Below, piece by piece: positions 28,971-40,626 of a DNA stretch of 62,084 nucleotides (position 1 is its first letter; every line of letters begins with the position of its first letter). The stretch is from contig SHXO01000005.1 of assembly GCA_009693245.1 (NCBI GenBank), positions 1 to 62,084 on the forward strand, read 5' to 3'. This stretch comes from Betaproteobacteria bacterium. GTDB lineage: Bacteria; Pseudomonadota; Gammaproteobacteria; Burkholderiales; SHXO01. The notes under the pieces were generated by a model. It saw nothing but the letters and a program-made list of their open reading frames with translations. It had not been told where the DNA came from and searched no databases. Position numbers and translations under genes: made by a program.

Positions 28971-29843
28971 ATGCCCAGTTCCTTCCAAACCATCGCCCTC
29001 ATTGGAAAGTATAAAAGCCCGGAGATCGCCGGGCCCTTGCTTGAACTCGCCCAGTTTCTACGCTCCCGTGGTGTTCGGGTCGTGGTGGACTCGCTGACCG
29101 CCGCCCATATCGGGCGCGACGGCATCGAGGTGATTCCCCTGGAGGAGATCGGCACGGTGGCCACGCTTGCCATCGTTATCGGGGGAGACGGTACCATGCT
29201 TAACATCGCGCGTGCGCTGGCCCCGCACGACGTGGCCTTGGTGGGCGTCAACCAGGGGCGTCTAGGGTTCTTGACGGACATTTCGATCGATTCTATGTCC
29301 GAAACCATCGCGGAGATTCTAGACGGCCACTTCGTGGTGGAACCCAGGATGCTACTGGACACCGAGGTGTTTCGAGGCGAGCAATCCTTGAACCGGTTGC
29401 TGGCCTTCAACGATGCCAGCGTGAGCAAGGGGGCCGAGGGCGGCCTCATCGAGCTGGAGGTGAGGATCGACGGCCAATTCGTCTACTACCTGCGCGCCGA
29501 CGGCCTGATCGTCGCCACTCCCACGGGGTCGACTGCCTACGCTTTGTCGGCCAGCGGGCCCATCCTTCACCCCGCGCTCAGTGTGATCGCCCTGGTTCCG
29601 GTGTGCCCGCACGCCCTTGGCAACCGGCCCATCGTCATCTCCAGCGAGAGCGTGATCGAAATCTTGATGCACCATTGCCCGGATTCGCGCGTGCATTTCG
29701 ACAGCCACTCCCACCTCGTGCTGGAACCTGGGGACCGCATCGTCTTGCGCCGTTACGAGCGCCCGGTTCGCCTGTTGCATCCGCGTGGTCATAGCTACTA
29801 TCACATGCTGCGCCAGAAGCTGCATTGGAGCGAAGTGCTGTAG
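28971..29843 (+). CDS. nadK: NAD(+) kinase
   Basis: 290 aa with the GGDGT motif (VIGGDGTMLN) and NDASVSKG. Confidence 0.95.
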   Translation: MPSSFQTIALIGKYKSPEIAGPLLELAQFLRSRGVRVVVDSLTAAHIGRDGIEVIPLEEIGTVATLAIVIGGDGTMLNIARALAPHDVALVGVNQGRLGFLTDISIDSMSETIAEILDGHFVVEPRMLLDTEVFRGEQSLNRLLAFNDASVSKGAEGGLIELEVRIDGQFVYYLRADGLIVATPTGSTAYALSASGPILHPALSVIALVPVCPHALGNRPIVISSESVIEILMHHCPDSRVHFDSHSHLVLEPGDRIVLRRYERPVRLLHPRGHSYYHMLRQKLHWSEVL

Positions 29844-29913
29844 TCTCTTGCGGATTCAGTGGTGACGGATTTGGAGAAATTTTCGATGCGCGGCACTCTG
29901 GTTTGGGGGGCTC

Positions 29914-29935
29914 AACAAGGGGATCACCCCTTGTT
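29914..29935 (+). terminator. hairpin downstream of nadK
   Basis: AACAAGGGG-ATCA-CCCCTTGTT followed by CCTTCT. A second smaller hairpin (GGGGA...TCCCC) follows at 29942-29960. Confidence 0.4.
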
Positions 29936-30030
29936 CCTTCTGGGGGATAGGGTCTCTCCCCTTGTTCGTAACATGCTTGTTGCCGAGGCGAGTGCATCCG
30001 CTTTGGTTCCGGCTCTGCCGGCTTAGGAGT

Positions 30031-31692
30031 ATGTTGCGCGCCCTGCACATTCGCGATTTCGTCATCGTAGACAAGCTCGAGCTGGGGTTTGCCGGCGGGT
30101 TTACCGTGCTCACCGGTGAAACCGGAGCTGGCAAGTCCCTATTGGTGGATGCCCTGTCCTTGGTGCTGGGCGAGCGCAGCGACACCGAGTGGGTGCGAGA
30201 AGGGGCGCAAAAGGCGGAGATCAGCGCCGAATTCGACCTTTCGCAACGGCCCCAACTGCGCGAGGCGCTCAAGGCGCAAGATCTGGACGACGGTAACCAA
30301 CTCGTTCTGCGCCGTGTGCTCGAACGCGCGGGCCGCAGCCGGGCTTATGTGAATGGCAGGCCGGGCACCTTGCAGCAACTCAAGGAAATTGGAGAATCGC
30401 TGGTGGATATTCACGGCCAGCATATGCATCAGTCGTTGCTGCGGCGCGAAGCCCAGCGCACGCTGGTGGATGGTTTCGCGGGCGCCACCAAGCTGGCGGC
30501 CGGTGTGGCTCAAGCCTATCGTTCCTGGCAGGCGCTGCGCGCCGCGCGGGATAGTTTTGAAAAGAACGCCGCCAGCTTGAAGCGCGAGCGCGAGGAAGTG
30601 GAAGACCAAGTGCTGGAACTCAAGGGCCTGAAGGTGAGCGCCACCGAGTGGGATGAACTCGATGCCGAGCACCGGCGCTTGGCGAATTGCGCGGGACTCA
30701 TCGAAACCGCGCAGGAGAGCTTATCCATCCTGTCGGAGGCAGAGGCGACCGTGCTGGGTACATTGCGCGGGGTGACGCACAAGTTGGAAGCCGCCGCGCA
30801 AATCGATCCCGCTCTGAAGCCTTCCTTGGAATTGGTGGAATCCGGGCGGATTCAACTTCAAGAGGCAGTCCACGCACTGCGGCATTATCGTGACCGTTTG
30901 GACATCGATCCGCAACGGCTGTCCGAGGTGGAGAGCCGCATTCTGGCATTGCACGCCACCGCGCGCAAATTTCGCGTGCGGCCCGCGCAACTCGCGAGCA
31001 CGCTCGTGGAGCTTGAAGAGAAATTGAGCACCCTGGCCTTGGCCGGAGATCATGAGGCGTTGGCCAAGAAGGAAGCGCAAGCCAAGGAAACCTTCACGAT
31101 TCTGGCGAAGGAACTGAGCACGAAGCGCGCGGCGGCCGCCCAACTACTCTCTCAGCGCGTGACGCAACATCTCCAGCAGCTGTCCATGGCGGGCAGTGCC
31201 ATCGAGGTGTGCTTGGAAGCGCTGGATGAGCCCGCCAGCCACGGTTTGGAGCGAATCGAATTCATGGTGGCCACGCACAGCGGCGGCACGCCGCGCAGTT
31301 TGGGAAAAGTGGCTTCGGGCGGAGAGCTATCGCGTATCAGTCTCGCGATTCAAACCGTGACCAGCCAGGTGGCCGATGTACCCACTTTGATTTTCGACGA
31401 AGTCGATGCTGGGATAGGGGGCGGTGTCGCGGAAATCGTGGGGCGCATGATGCGCGATCTTGGGGCCACGCGGCAGGTCATGTGCGTGACTCATCTGCCA
31501 CAGGTGGCGGCGGCGGCGAACACACAATGGCGGGTATTCAAGCAAGAAAGCACGAACGGAATCCGCAGCGCGGTTCAAACCCTGAGCGAGGGCGAGCGGG
31601 TGGAAGAGGTGGCGCGGATGCTGGGCGGTGTCAAGATCACCGCAACCACCCGCAAACATGCCGCGGAGATGATCGGCACGCTGGCGGGGTAG
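30031..31692 (+). CDS. recN: DNA repair protein RecN
   Basis: ATG at 30031 after AGGAG. MLRALHIRDFVIVDKLEL...GETGAGKS Walker A. SMC-like coiled coil. Confidence 0.95.
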   Translation: MLRALHIRDFVIVDKLELGFAGGFTVLTGETGAGKSLLVDALSLVLGERSDTEWVREGAQKAEISAEFDLSQRPQLREALKAQDLDDGNQLVLRRVLERAGRSRAYVNGRPGTLQQLKEIGESLVDIHGQHMHQSLLRREAQRTLVDGFAGATKLAAGVAQAYRSWQALRAARDSFEKNAASLKREREEVEDQVLELKGLKVSATEWDELDAEHRRLANCAGLIETAQESLSILSEAEATVLGTLRGVTHKLEAAAQIDPALKPSLELVESGRIQLQEAVHALRHYRDRLDIDPQRLSEVESRILALHATARKFRVRPAQLASTLVELEEKLSTLALAGDHEALAKKEAQAKETFTILAKELSTKRAAAAQLLSQRVTQHLQQLSMAGSAIEVCLEALDEPASHGLERIEFMVATHSGGTPRSLGKVASGGELSRISLAIQTVTSQVADVPTLIFDEVDAGIGGGVAEIVGRMMRDLGATRQVMCVTHLPQVAAAANTQWRVFKQESTNGIRSAVQTLSEGERVEEVARMLGGVKITATTRKHAAEMIGTLAG

Positions 31693-31712
31693 TGTAGTGC
31701 TTCGCTCACTAG

Positions 31713-32144
31713 CTACGGCTTGCGGTGGGAGCAACCGGTTTTGGTGCACGTGGCAAATATTTGCAGCGAGTGCTCCTGGATCAGAAATCCGCGGTCCTTG
31801 GCGACCTTGGTTTGGCGCTTTTCGATCTCGGCGTCGAAGAACTCTTCCACATGACCGCATTGCACGCACACCAGGTGGTCGTGGTGCCCGCCTTCGTTCA
31901 GTTCGAATACCGCCTTGCCCGCCTCGAAACGGTGGCGGATGAGGATGCCCGCATGCTCGAACTGGGTGAGCACCCGGTAGATCGTGGCCAAGCCGATGTC
32001 CACGCCCTCCTTCAGCATCAGCTTGTAAACGTCCTCCGCCGTCATATGGCGGGTGGCCGAACCCTCGAACAAATCGAGAATCTTCAACCGGGGGAGCGTG
32101 ACTTTGAGACCACTGGTCTTCAAATCGTGGGGCGGCTTGCTCAT
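31713..32144 (-). CDS. fur: ferric uptake regulator
   Basis: [26 protein letters not shown]...[11 protein letters not shown]...CTKTGC. Start at the ATG at 32144. Confidence 0.9.
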   Translation of the reverse strand: MSKPPHDLKTSGLKVTLPRLKILDLFEGSATRHMTAEDVYKLMLKEGVDIGLATIYRVLTQFEHAGILIRHRFEAGKAVFELNEGGHHDHLVCVQCGHVEEFFDAEIEKRQTKVAKDRGFLIQEHSLQIFATCTKTGCSHRKP

Positions 32145-32257
32145 GGAAGCGAAAATCCGGCGGGACTGTGATTGCGTATCATAATGGGTTCTCCGCGCAA
32201 ATGCTCGCGAGATGAATTCGCGCGCGGCCGTGCTCAACTTTTTCTTGGCATCATTCC

Positions 32258-33447
<1,190 letters not shown>

Positions 33448-33517
33448 CTAAGGCTGGTCCGTTTGTCAGAGTGTCCACGCGCTGGGCGAACCAACCATAC
33501 ATAGGGAGGAGACGAGC

Positions 33518-34105
33518 ATGAAAACAGCGAGAAGATGGGCGTTATTGCTGGCCGGTATGGCCAGTTGGACGTGCGCGCAGGCAGTGGATTTGCGGCCGGT
33601 GCTGAAGGCGGGGGCCGAGTTCGGGGGAGACAAACTGTTTACGCTTGTCTTCACGGACGGTTCGACCAAGAACGTCAAGGCACACGACGGGTTTTCCTTG
33701 GGGGGAGGCGCATCCTTCCTAAACGAGAGCAAATCCTTCGAGATCGAAACCACCCTGTCTTACAAGTTCCATTTCACCAATGCCAGCAACGGCGATGTGA
33801 CGTGGAGCCGAATTCCCCTGGACGTTATGGGTTTCTACCGCTTTTCGAGAGTGCGCCTGGGAGGCAGGCTAATATGTCATCTCTCACCGAGGGCAAAAGG
33901 CAGCGGCGTTGCCAGCAACCTCGATATCCAGTTCGATAACGCGGCGGGCCTCGTCCTTCAGGCGGATTATCTTTTCTCCGGAAAGGAATCGGGGCAGGAC
34001 ATTTACTAGGGCTTGAGGTTCACTTCACTCAAGTACAAGGAGAAACTCACCGGTGTATCCGTCGATAGTAACGGCGGAGGATTGCAGGTGGGGTACAGGT
34101 TCTGA
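33518..34105 (+). pseudogene. small outer-membrane beta-barrel protein interrupted by an in-frame TAG
   Basis: Signal peptide MKTARRWALLLAGMASWTCAQA. The ORF stops at TAG 34007-34009. The same frame continues GLRFTSLKYKEKLTGVSVDSNGGGLQVGYRF and ends in a canonical OMP C-terminal beta-signal. Confidence 0.5.
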
Positions 34106-34166
34106 GCATTTACGCTGGAGAGCCTAAAGACAACCGCCGTTGAAACCCTTGCTTCCTAAACCCTCT

Positions 34167-34236
34167 GACCACGGAACACACGGAAATTTCTTGGTTGTTT
34201 TACGCCTCGTCCGTGTGTTCAGTGTATTCCGTGGTC
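34167..34236. repeat. REP-like nested hairpin
   Basis: GACCACGGAA pairs with TTCCGTGGTC. CACACGGA pairs with TCCGTGTG. The loop is 25 nt. Confidence 0.5.
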
Positions 34237-34328
34237 AATGCTTTTGACTTCCGAAATCTCTGAGGATGCAAGAGGCAAGGATTGGCCCCTACCGCGGGCC
34301 ATGATGGGCGAAGAGTAATGGGGGGGAT

Positions 34329-34619
34329 GTGATAATGACAGAACCCTCGACCCCACACCAGCCTGCCGGAATACGCACGGATCCATGCTATTACCCAGGA
34401 ATGATGCGCCGTGGTGCATTTGCATACGAATCGGAGGAAGCTGGGAGCGAACTGGAGGCGCTCGCCGACGCGGCGAAAGCCGCGGCGGAACGGTCAGGCG
34501 CGAGCATTGATGACGCGTTGGCATTCACCAAGGCTAGTAATGAGCGCATTGCCTTGATGGAGGCCCAGATCGAGCTCCTGACCTCGGCCGCTCTGGTGAA
34601 GAGGATCAGGGCCCGCTAG
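34329..34619 (+). CDS. hypothetical 96-aa protein
   Basis: ORF only, with a helical Ala/Glu-rich C-terminal half. No recognisable motif. Confidence 0.3.
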   Translation: MIMTEPSTPHQPAGIRTDPCYYPGMMRRGAFAYESEEAGSELEALADAAKAAAERSGASIDDALAFTKASNERIALMEAQIELLTSAALVKRIRAR

Positions 34620-34762
34620 CCGCGCGCCCAGTTCGGGAAGATCTCCCGCGCCGCTTGCCCTGCTCGGGCGCGGGCGGTTAGAATCCAACCTCAACCAGCG
34701 GGGCCCGTGCAAACGCGCCCCGTTTTATTACGCCCTTTGTTTTCGCCCCCTAACGAGACGCC

Positions 34763-35896
34763 TTGATTACGCACGCCCCCGCCCTCCTTGCGCTTGCCGA
34801 CGGCACGCTGTTTCGGGGTATTTCCATGGGCGCGGAAACCGCCAGCGCGGGCGAAGTGGTGTTCAACACGGCGATGACGGGTTACCAGGAGATCTTGACG
34901 GATCCGTCTTATGCCCGCCAGATCGTCACGCTGACCTATCCCCATATCGGGAACGTTGGGATTAATCCGGAGGACATGGAGGCATCCAAGGTCTACGCCG
35001 CGGGCTTGGCGATTCGGGATTTGCCGAGACGGGCGAGCAATTGGCGGATGACGCAATCCCTTTCGGAGTACCTGAAGGCTCAAGGCGTTCCTGGCATCGC
35101 GGGCATCGATACACGCAAGCTCACGCGAGTGTTGCGTGATAAGGGCGCGCAGGGCGGCTGTCTTATGACGGGGAAGGTGGACGAAACCGAGGCGCTGCGT
35201 AAGGCGCGGGGTTTTCCTGGGCTTGCGGGGATGGACTTGGCGAAAGTGGTGTCGAGCGAGTCGGCCTACGAGTGGAACGCGACGCAGTGGTCACTTGATT
35301 CCGGCTACGGTAGGCAAAGCGCCCCCAAGCACCACGTCGTAGCCTTCGACTACGGCGTCAAGCGCAATATCCTGCGCATGCTCGCATCTCGCGGTTGCCG
35401 CGTTACGGTGCTGCCCGCGCAATCCAGCGCGAAGGACGCCCTGGCGCACAAGCCTGACGGGATTTTTCTATCCAACGGCCCGGGCGACCCCGAGCCTTGC
35501 GACTACGCCATACGTGCCATCCGCGAGCTGCTTGAGCGGAACATTCCGATTTTCGGTATCTGCCTGGGCCATCAACTGCTGGGCCTCGCAAGCGGCGCTA
35601 AAACCTTGAAAATGAAGTTCGGCCATCACGGCGCGAATCATCCGGTGCAGGATCTGGACACGGGCCGTGTGATGATCACCAGCCAGAACCACGGCTTCGC
35701 GGTGGATCAAGCCACATTGCTCGCGAATGCGCGCGTCACCCACGTGTCGCTCTTCGATGGCAGCCTGCAAGGCTTCGAGCGCACCGACAAGCCGGCTTTT
35801 TGTTTCCAAGGCCACCCCGAAGCGAGCCCAGGGCCCCACGACGTCGGTTACCTCTTCGACAAGTTCGTGCGGATGATGGAGAAGAAACATGGGTGA
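34763..35896 (+). CDS. carA: carbamoyl-phosphate synthase small subunit
   Basis: 377 aa. [19 protein letters not shown] catalytic Cys, HGANHPV. Confidence 0.95.
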   Translation: MITHAPALLALADGTLFRGISMGAETASAGEVVFNTAMTGYQEILTDPSYARQIVTLTYPHIGNVGINPEDMEASKVYAAGLAIRDLPRRASNWRMTQSLSEYLKAQGVPGIAGIDTRKLTRVLRDKGAQGGCLMTGKVDETEALRKARGFPGLAGMDLAKVVSSESAYEWNATQWSLDSGYGRQSAPKHHVVAFDYGVKRNILRMLASRGCRVTVLPAQSSAKDALAHKPDGIFLSNGPGDPEPCDYAIRAIRELLERNIPIFGICLGHQLLGLASGAKTLKMKFGHHGANHPVQDLDTGRVMITSQNHGFAVDQATLLANARVTHVSLFDGSLQGFERTDKPAFCFQGHPEASPGPHDVGYLFDKFVRMMEKKHG

Positions 35897-35942
35897 GGCG
35901 ATAGGCGATCGGAGTAGGGCCTGGCGCCGCACCGGTTTTCCG

Positions 35943-35970
35943 CCTCACGCCTCACGCCTCACGCCTCACG
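35943..35970. repeat. tandem heptamer (CCTCACG)x4
   Basis: Four perfect units ending 6 nt before the carB ATG. They are the reverse complement of the arrays at 39677 and 61114. Confidence 0.9.
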
Positions 35971-35976
35971 AATACG

Positions 35977-38900
35977 ATGCCTAGACGCACCGATCTCCAA
36001 ACCATCCTCATCATCGGCGCCGGCCCCATCGTCATCGGCCAAGCCTGCGAGTTCGACTATTCCGGAGCGCAGGCCTGCAAGGCCCTGCGGGAGGAGGGTT
36101 ACCGGATCGTTCTGGTGAATTCCAACCCGGCCACGATCATGACGGACCCCGAGACCGCCGATGCGACCTACATCGAGCCCATCACTTGGCAGATGGTGGA
36201 GCGGGTCATCGCGCAGGAGCGGCCCGATGCCGTGTTGCCCACCATGGGCGGCCAGACGGCGCTCAACTGCGCCTTGGATCTGGCGCGCAACGGCGTGCTG
36301 GAGCGCTATGGGGTGGAGATGATCGGCGCCACCAGCGAGGCCATCGACAAGGCCGAAGACCGCGAAAAATTCAAGGCGGCCATGACGCGCATCGGATTGC
36401 AGTCGCCACGTTCCATTCTGGCTCACGATATGGAGGAGGCGTCGCGGGCGCAAGCCGAACTGGGCTTTCCCGTGGTGATCCGGCCCTCTTTTACCCTCGG
36501 CGGCAGCGGCGGAGGGATCGCCTACAACAAGGAAGAGTTCGCCACCATTTGCGAACGCGGCTTCCAAGCCTCGCCCACCAAGCAGTTGCTGGTGGAAGAA
36601 TCCGTCATCGGCTGGAAAGAGTTCGAGATGGAAGTGGTGCGCGACCGCAAGGACAACTGCATCATCGTGTGCTCCATCGAGAACCTCGACGCCATGGGTG
36701 TGCATACGGGCGACTCCATCACGGTGGCGCCCGCGCAAACGCTCACCGACAAGGAATACCAGATCATGCGCGATGCTTCCATTGCGGTGCTGCGCGAGAT
36801 CGGCGTGGATACAGGGGGGTCGAACGTGCAGTTCGCCATCAACCCGCGCGACGGGCGCATGGTAGTGATCGAGATGAATCCGCGCGTGTCGCGCTCATCC
36901 GCCTTGGCCTCCAAGGCCACGGGCTTCCCCATTGCCAAGGTGGCGGCGAAGCTGGCCGTGGGTTATACGCTCGACGAATTGAAGAACGACATCACTGGCG
37001 GCGCCACACCGGCGTCCTTCGAACCCACCATCGATTACGTGGTGACCAAGGTGCCGCGCTTCGCTTTCGAGAAATTCCCGCGGGCCAACGACCGGCTCAC
37101 CACTCAGATGAAATCCGTGGGCGAGGTCATGGCCATGGGCCGCACGCTGCAAGAATCCTTGCAAAAAGCGCTGCGTGGTTTGGAAACAGGCGTGGAAGGC
37201 TTCGACGAGATGACCCAAGACCGCGATCAGATCGAGCGCGAGCTGGCCGATCCCGGACCTCACCGCCTGTGGTACGTGGGCGATGCTTTCCGCGTGGGGA
37301 TGTCCGTGGAGGAGATCCACGCCATCTCCCACATCGATCCGTGGTTCCTGGTGCAGATCGAAGAGATTATTCAAGCGGAACAGCGTCTGCGCGGAGCGCG
37401 CTTGGCGGATTTGAGCGCGGATGTCATGCGCCAATTGAAGCGCATGGGTTTCGCGGACCGGCGCTTGGCGAAATTGCTGGGTGCAGCGCAGACCGAAGTG
37501 CGGCAGCGCCGCCACGCCCTCGGTGTGCGCCCCGTCTACAAGCGCGTGGATACGTGTGCCGCGGAATTCGACACCAGCACCGCTTACATGTATTCCACCT
37601 ACGAAGAGGAATGCGAGGCGCGGCCCACGAATCGCAAGAAGATCATGGTGCTGGGCGGCGGGCCGAACCGCATCGGCCAAGGCATCGAGTTCGATTACTG
37701 CTGCGTGCACGCCGCGCTGGCGCTACGCGAAGATGGTTACGAAACCATCATGGTCAACTGCAATCCGGAAACGGTTTCCACCGACTACGATACCTCGGAC
37801 CGTTTGTATTTCGAGCCGCTGACGCTGGAAGACGTGCTGGAAATAATAGCCGTCGAGAAACCGGCGGGCGTGGTGGTGCAATACGGCGGGCAAACACCCC
37901 TCAAGCTGGCGCGCGATCTCGAAGCCAACGGTGTGCCCATCATCGGGACGACTCCGGACATGATCGACGCGGCGGAGGATCGCGAGCGTTTCCAGAAACT
38001 GCTGGTGGATCTGGACTTACGCCAGCCCCCTAACCGCACGGCGCGCAACGAGCCCGGCGCCTTGCGCATGGCCGAGGAGATCGGCTATCCCTTGGTGGTG
38101 CGGCCGAGCTACGTGCTGGGCGGGCGCGCAATGGAGATCGTGCACGAAGCGAAGGATCTCGAACGCTACATGCGCGAGGCGGTGAAAGTTTCCAACGATT
38201 CGCCCGTGTTGCTGGACCGTTACTTGAACGACGCGATAGAAGTGGATGTCGATGCGATCTGCGATGGCAAGGATGTGTTGATCGGTGGCATCATGGAGCA
38301 CATCGAGCAAGCGGGCGTGCACTCGGGAGATTCCGCCTGTTCGCTGCCGCCCTTTAGTCTGACGCCCGAGATACAGAACGAATTGCGCCGCCAGACCATC
38401 GCCATGGCGCGCGGGCTCAATGTCGTGGGCTTGATGAACGCGCAGTTCGCCATTCAGAACGGCGTGGTCTACGTGCTGGAAGTCAATCCGCGGGCTTCGC
38501 GTACCGTGCCCTTCGTTTCCAAGGCCACCGGCCTCCCGCTGGCGAAAATCGCCGCTCGCTGCATGGTAGGCAAGACGCTGGCGCAACAGGGTACGACACG
38601 CGAAGTAATCCCGCCTTATTACTGCGTGAAGGAAGCGGTGTTTCCCTTCATCAAATTCCCGGGCGTGGATACCATCCTCGGCCCCGAAATGAAATCCACG
38701 GGCGAGGTGATGGGGGTGGGACAAAACTTCGCGGAGGCCTTCTACAAATCGCAGCTGGCCGCCGGTGTGAAGTTACCCACGTCGGGAAAAGTTTTTCTGA
38801 GCGTGCGCGATGCCGACAAGGCCAAGACACTCGATGTCGCGCGCGCCTTGGTGGAATTGGGTTTTGAACTGGTGGCCACGCGCGGTACCGGCGCGGTGTT

Positions 38901-39189
38901 CGCGGGCGCGGGCCTGAAGGTCGCCATCGTGAACAAGGTGGCCGAGGGCCGGCCGCATATCGTGGACATGATCAAGAACGGCGGCATAGCCATGATCGTG
39001 AATACGGTGGAAGAGCGCAAATCCGCCGTGGAGGCTTCCTATTCCATCCGCCGTTCGGCGTTGCAAGCGCGCGTGACCTACTACACCACGGTGGCGGGTG
39101 CCAGCGCGGCTTGCCAGGGCATGCGCCACATGCAAGAACTCACCCCCTATTCCTTGCAAGCCTTGCACAAGCTGCTGGCAGTCAATTAA
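35977..39189 (+). CDS. carB: carbamoyl-phosphate synthase large subunit
   Basis: 1070 aa with duplicated ATP-grasp halves and an MGS-like C-terminus. Confidence 0.97.
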   Translation: MPRRTDLQTILIIGAGPIVIGQACEFDYSGAQACKALREEGYRIVLVNSNPATIMTDPETADATYIEPITWQMVERVIAQERPDAVLPTMGGQTALNCALDLARNGVLERYGVEMIGATSEAIDKAEDREKFKAAMTRIGLQSPRSILAHDMEEASRAQAELGFPVVIRPSFTLGGSGGGIAYNKEEFATICERGFQASPTKQLLVEESVIGWKEFEMEVVRDRKDNCIIVCSIENLDAMGVHTGDSITVAPAQTLTDKEYQIMRDASIAVLREIGVDTGGSNVQFAINPRDGRMVVIEMNPRVSRSSALASKATGFPIAKVAAKLAVGYTLDELKNDITGGATPASFEPTIDYVVTKVPRFAFEKFPRANDRLTTQMKSVGEVMAMGRTLQESLQKALRGLETGVEGFDEMTQDRDQIERELADPGPHRLWYVGDAFRVGMSVEEIHAISHIDPWFLVQIEEIIQAEQRLRGARLADLSADVMRQLKRMGFADRRLAKLLGAAQTEVRQRRHALGVRPVYKRVDTCAAEFDTSTAYMYSTYEEECEARPTNRKKIMVLGGGPNRIGQGIEFDYCCVHAALALREDGYETIMVNCNPETVSTDYDTSDRLYFEPLTLEDVLEIIAVEKPAGVVVQYGGQTPLKLARDLEANGVPIIGTTPDMIDAAEDRERFQKLLVDLDLRQPPNRTARNEPGALRMAEEIGYPLVVRPSYVLGGRAMEIVHEAKDLERYMREAVKVSNDSPVLLDRYLNDAIEVDVDAICDGKDVLIGGIMEHIEQAGVHSGDSACSLPPFSLTPEIQNELRRQTIAMARGLNVVGLMNAQFAIQNGVVYVLEVNPRASRTVPFVSKATGLPLAKIAARCMVGKTLAQQGTTREVIPPYYCVKEAVFPFIKFPGVDTILGPEMKSTGEVMGVGQNFAEAFYKSQLAAGVKLPTSGKVFLSVRDADKAKTLDVARALVELGFELVATRGTGAVFAGAGLKVAIVNKVAEGRPHIVDMIKNGGIAMIVNTVEERKSAVEASYSIRRSALQARVTYYTTVAGASAACQGMRHMQELTPYSLQALHKLLAVN

Positions 39190-39203
39190 TCTCGGAGGAC
39201 AAG

Positions 39204-39680
39204 ATGCGCAAGATTCCACTCACGGCTCATGGCGCCAATTTGCTGCGCAAGGAGCTTCAGCAGCTCAAGTCCGTGGAGCGGCCGAAGGTGATTCAAGCCA
39301 TACAGGAGGCGCGCGCCCAAGGCGATTTGTCGGAGAACGCCGAATACGACGCCGCCAAGGAGAAGCAAAGTTTCATCGAAGGCCGCATCGCGGAAATCGA
39401 AAGCAAGCTCGCCAACGCGCAGATCATCGATCCCGCCCATTTAGATGCGGACGGCCGTTGCGTGTTTGGCTCGACGGTGGAATTGCAGGACCAAGAAAAC
39501 GAGGACATCGTCACCTACCAGATCGTGGGCGAAGACGAGGCGGACATCAAGCAGAGCAAGATTTCCATCACCTCTCCGCTAGCGCGCGCTCTGATTGGAA
39601 AATCTTCCGGCGAAGTAGCCGAGGTGGTTGCCCCTGGGGGTATCCGGTCCTATGAAATCCTGGATGTGAAGTATCTGTGA
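39204..39680 (+). CDS. greA: transcription elongation factor GreA
   Basis: ATG at 39204 after [27 protein letters not shown]...[14 protein letters not shown]. Confidence 0.95.
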   Translation: MRKIPLTAHGANLLRKELQQLKSVERPKVIQAIQEARAQGDLSENAEYDAAKEKQSFIEGRIAEIESKLANAQIIDPAHLDADGRCVFGSTVELQDQENEDIVTYQIVGEDEADIKQSKISITSPLARALIGKSSGEVAEVVAPGGIRSYEILDVKYL

Positions 39681-39704
39681 GGCGGGAGGCGTGAGGCGTG
39701 AGGC
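39677..39704. repeat. tandem heptamer (GTGAGGC)x4, one unit degenerate
   Basis: GTGAGGC GGGAGGC GTGAGGC GTGAGGC. The first unit contains the greA TGA stop. Confidence 0.85.
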
Positions 39705-39752
39705 GAGGGAAATGTAGGTTGGGTAGAGCGCAGCGAAACCCAACGATGACTC

Positions 39753-40211
39753 ATGAGTAGATTTGCAGCCAGCTTGCATTGGATCTGCGTAACTGCCTGG
39801 GTGGGCGGCCTATGGGCCATCGGATACTTGGCCGCACCCGCGTTGTTCCATCATCTTCCGGACCGGGCCTTGGCGGGGACGCTGGCCGGGCATCTGTTTG
39901 CTTACCTCGCGTACGCGGGGCTGGCCTGCGGGCTTTATCTCATCGTGTATCGCCTGGCGGCCGTGGGCTTGAGCGCATTCCGGCAGGGATTCTTCTGGAT
40001 CGTCATCTTGATGTTGGTGCTAACCTTCGCCGGGCAATTCGGCGTTCAACCGCTACTATCGGCATTGAGGCAGCAGGCGTTGCCACGGCAAGTGATGGAG
40101 AGTTTGTTTCGAGACCGTTTCGCCATGTGGCACGGTGTGGCCAGCGTCCTTTTCCTGCTGCAAAGTCTGCTGGGGTTAGGCTTGGTGTTGCTACAGCGGC
40201 GTGTAATCTAG
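39753..40211 (+). CDS. DUF4149-like integral membrane protein
   Basis: 152 aa, 4 TM segments. MSRFAASLHWICVTAWVGGLWAIGYLAAPALF. Confidence 0.6.
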   Translation: MSRFAASLHWICVTAWVGGLWAIGYLAAPALFHHLPDRALAGTLAGHLFAYLAYAGLACGLYLIVYRLAAVGLSAFRQGFFWIVILMLVLTFAGQFGVQPLLSALRQQALPRQVMESLFRDRFAMWHGVASVLFLLQSLLGLGLVLLQRRVI

Positions 40212-40223
40212 TACGAACGCCGG

Positions 40224-40610
40224 CTAGGACGAACGCCGGCCGGCGGAGGGTTTACGCGCAGGCTTGCTGGGAACCTTGCCTTTGGTCTTGCGAGGTTTCC
40301 CGGCCTTGGGCTCGGGTTTTGGCGCCGGCACCTTCTTAGCCGGGTTTTCTCGATAAATAACCAGGGTCTTGCCGATATGTTGCACCGCTTGGGCGCCAAG
40401 ATCCGAGCAGATTTGCGCGAGCCAGCGTTCGCAGTCCGCGCGGTCCCCGCTCGCGGCCTTGATTTTCATCAATTCATGGGCTTTCAAGGAAAGATCGATT
40501 TCCTTCAAGACGGCGGGAGTCAATCCGTCGCTACCGATCAGTACCACGGGATTGAGCTGGTGGGCCTCGCCCTTGAGGTGCTGGCGTTCCGCGGGTGTGA
40601 GTGCCTTCAT
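40224..40610 (-). CDS. yhbY: ribosome assembly RNA-binding protein YhbY (CRM domain) with Lys/Pro-rich C-terminal tail
   Basis: LTPAERQHLKGEAHQLNPVVLIGSDGLTPAVLKEIDLSLKAHELMKIK. Divergent from rlmE, as in many proteobacteria. Confidence 0.85.
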   Translation of the reverse strand: MKALTPAERQHLKGEAHQLNPVVLIGSDGLTPAVLKEIDLSLKAHELMKIKAASGDRADCERWLAQICSDLGAQAVQHIGKTLVIYRENPAKKVPAPKPEPKAGKPRKTKGKVPSKPARKPSAGRRSS

Positions 40611-40626
40611 GGGGCAATTCTAGAAG

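Noticed and set aside
29844-30030. Looked for a LexA/SOS box (CTGT-N8-ACAG type) upstream of recN
   Set aside because: Only hairpins are present, and no CTGT...ACAG palindrome was found by eye.
32169-32185. Possible Fur box TGATTGCGTATCATAAT in the fur/bamE divergent region
   Set aside because: It gives only a weak match to the GATAATGATAATCATTATC consensus. This is not enough to call without a matrix scan.
34007-34009. Hypothesis that TAG is recoded or suppressed genome-wide, raised by the three in-frame TAGs at 6025, 34007 and 60591
   Set aside because: TAG is the genuine terminator of well-defined genes here, including the tlpA-like gene (2535-2537), the GS-like gene (9838-9840), pstS (46588-46590) and folP (44134-44136). 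The 6025 TAG lies inside an inserted repeat element. Nonsense mutations or base-call errors are more parsimonious.
35943-35970. Whether the heptamer arrays could be a miniature CRISPR or a coding repeat
   Set aside because: The units are 7 nt with no spacers. The arrays are intergenic or at gene ends, and no cas genes are present. They are simple tandem repeats.
36186-38033. 615-aa plus-strand ORF in an alternative frame of carB
   Set aside because: It is Arg/Gly-rich with no recognisable domain and is fully nested in the carB coding sequence. GC-driven open frame.
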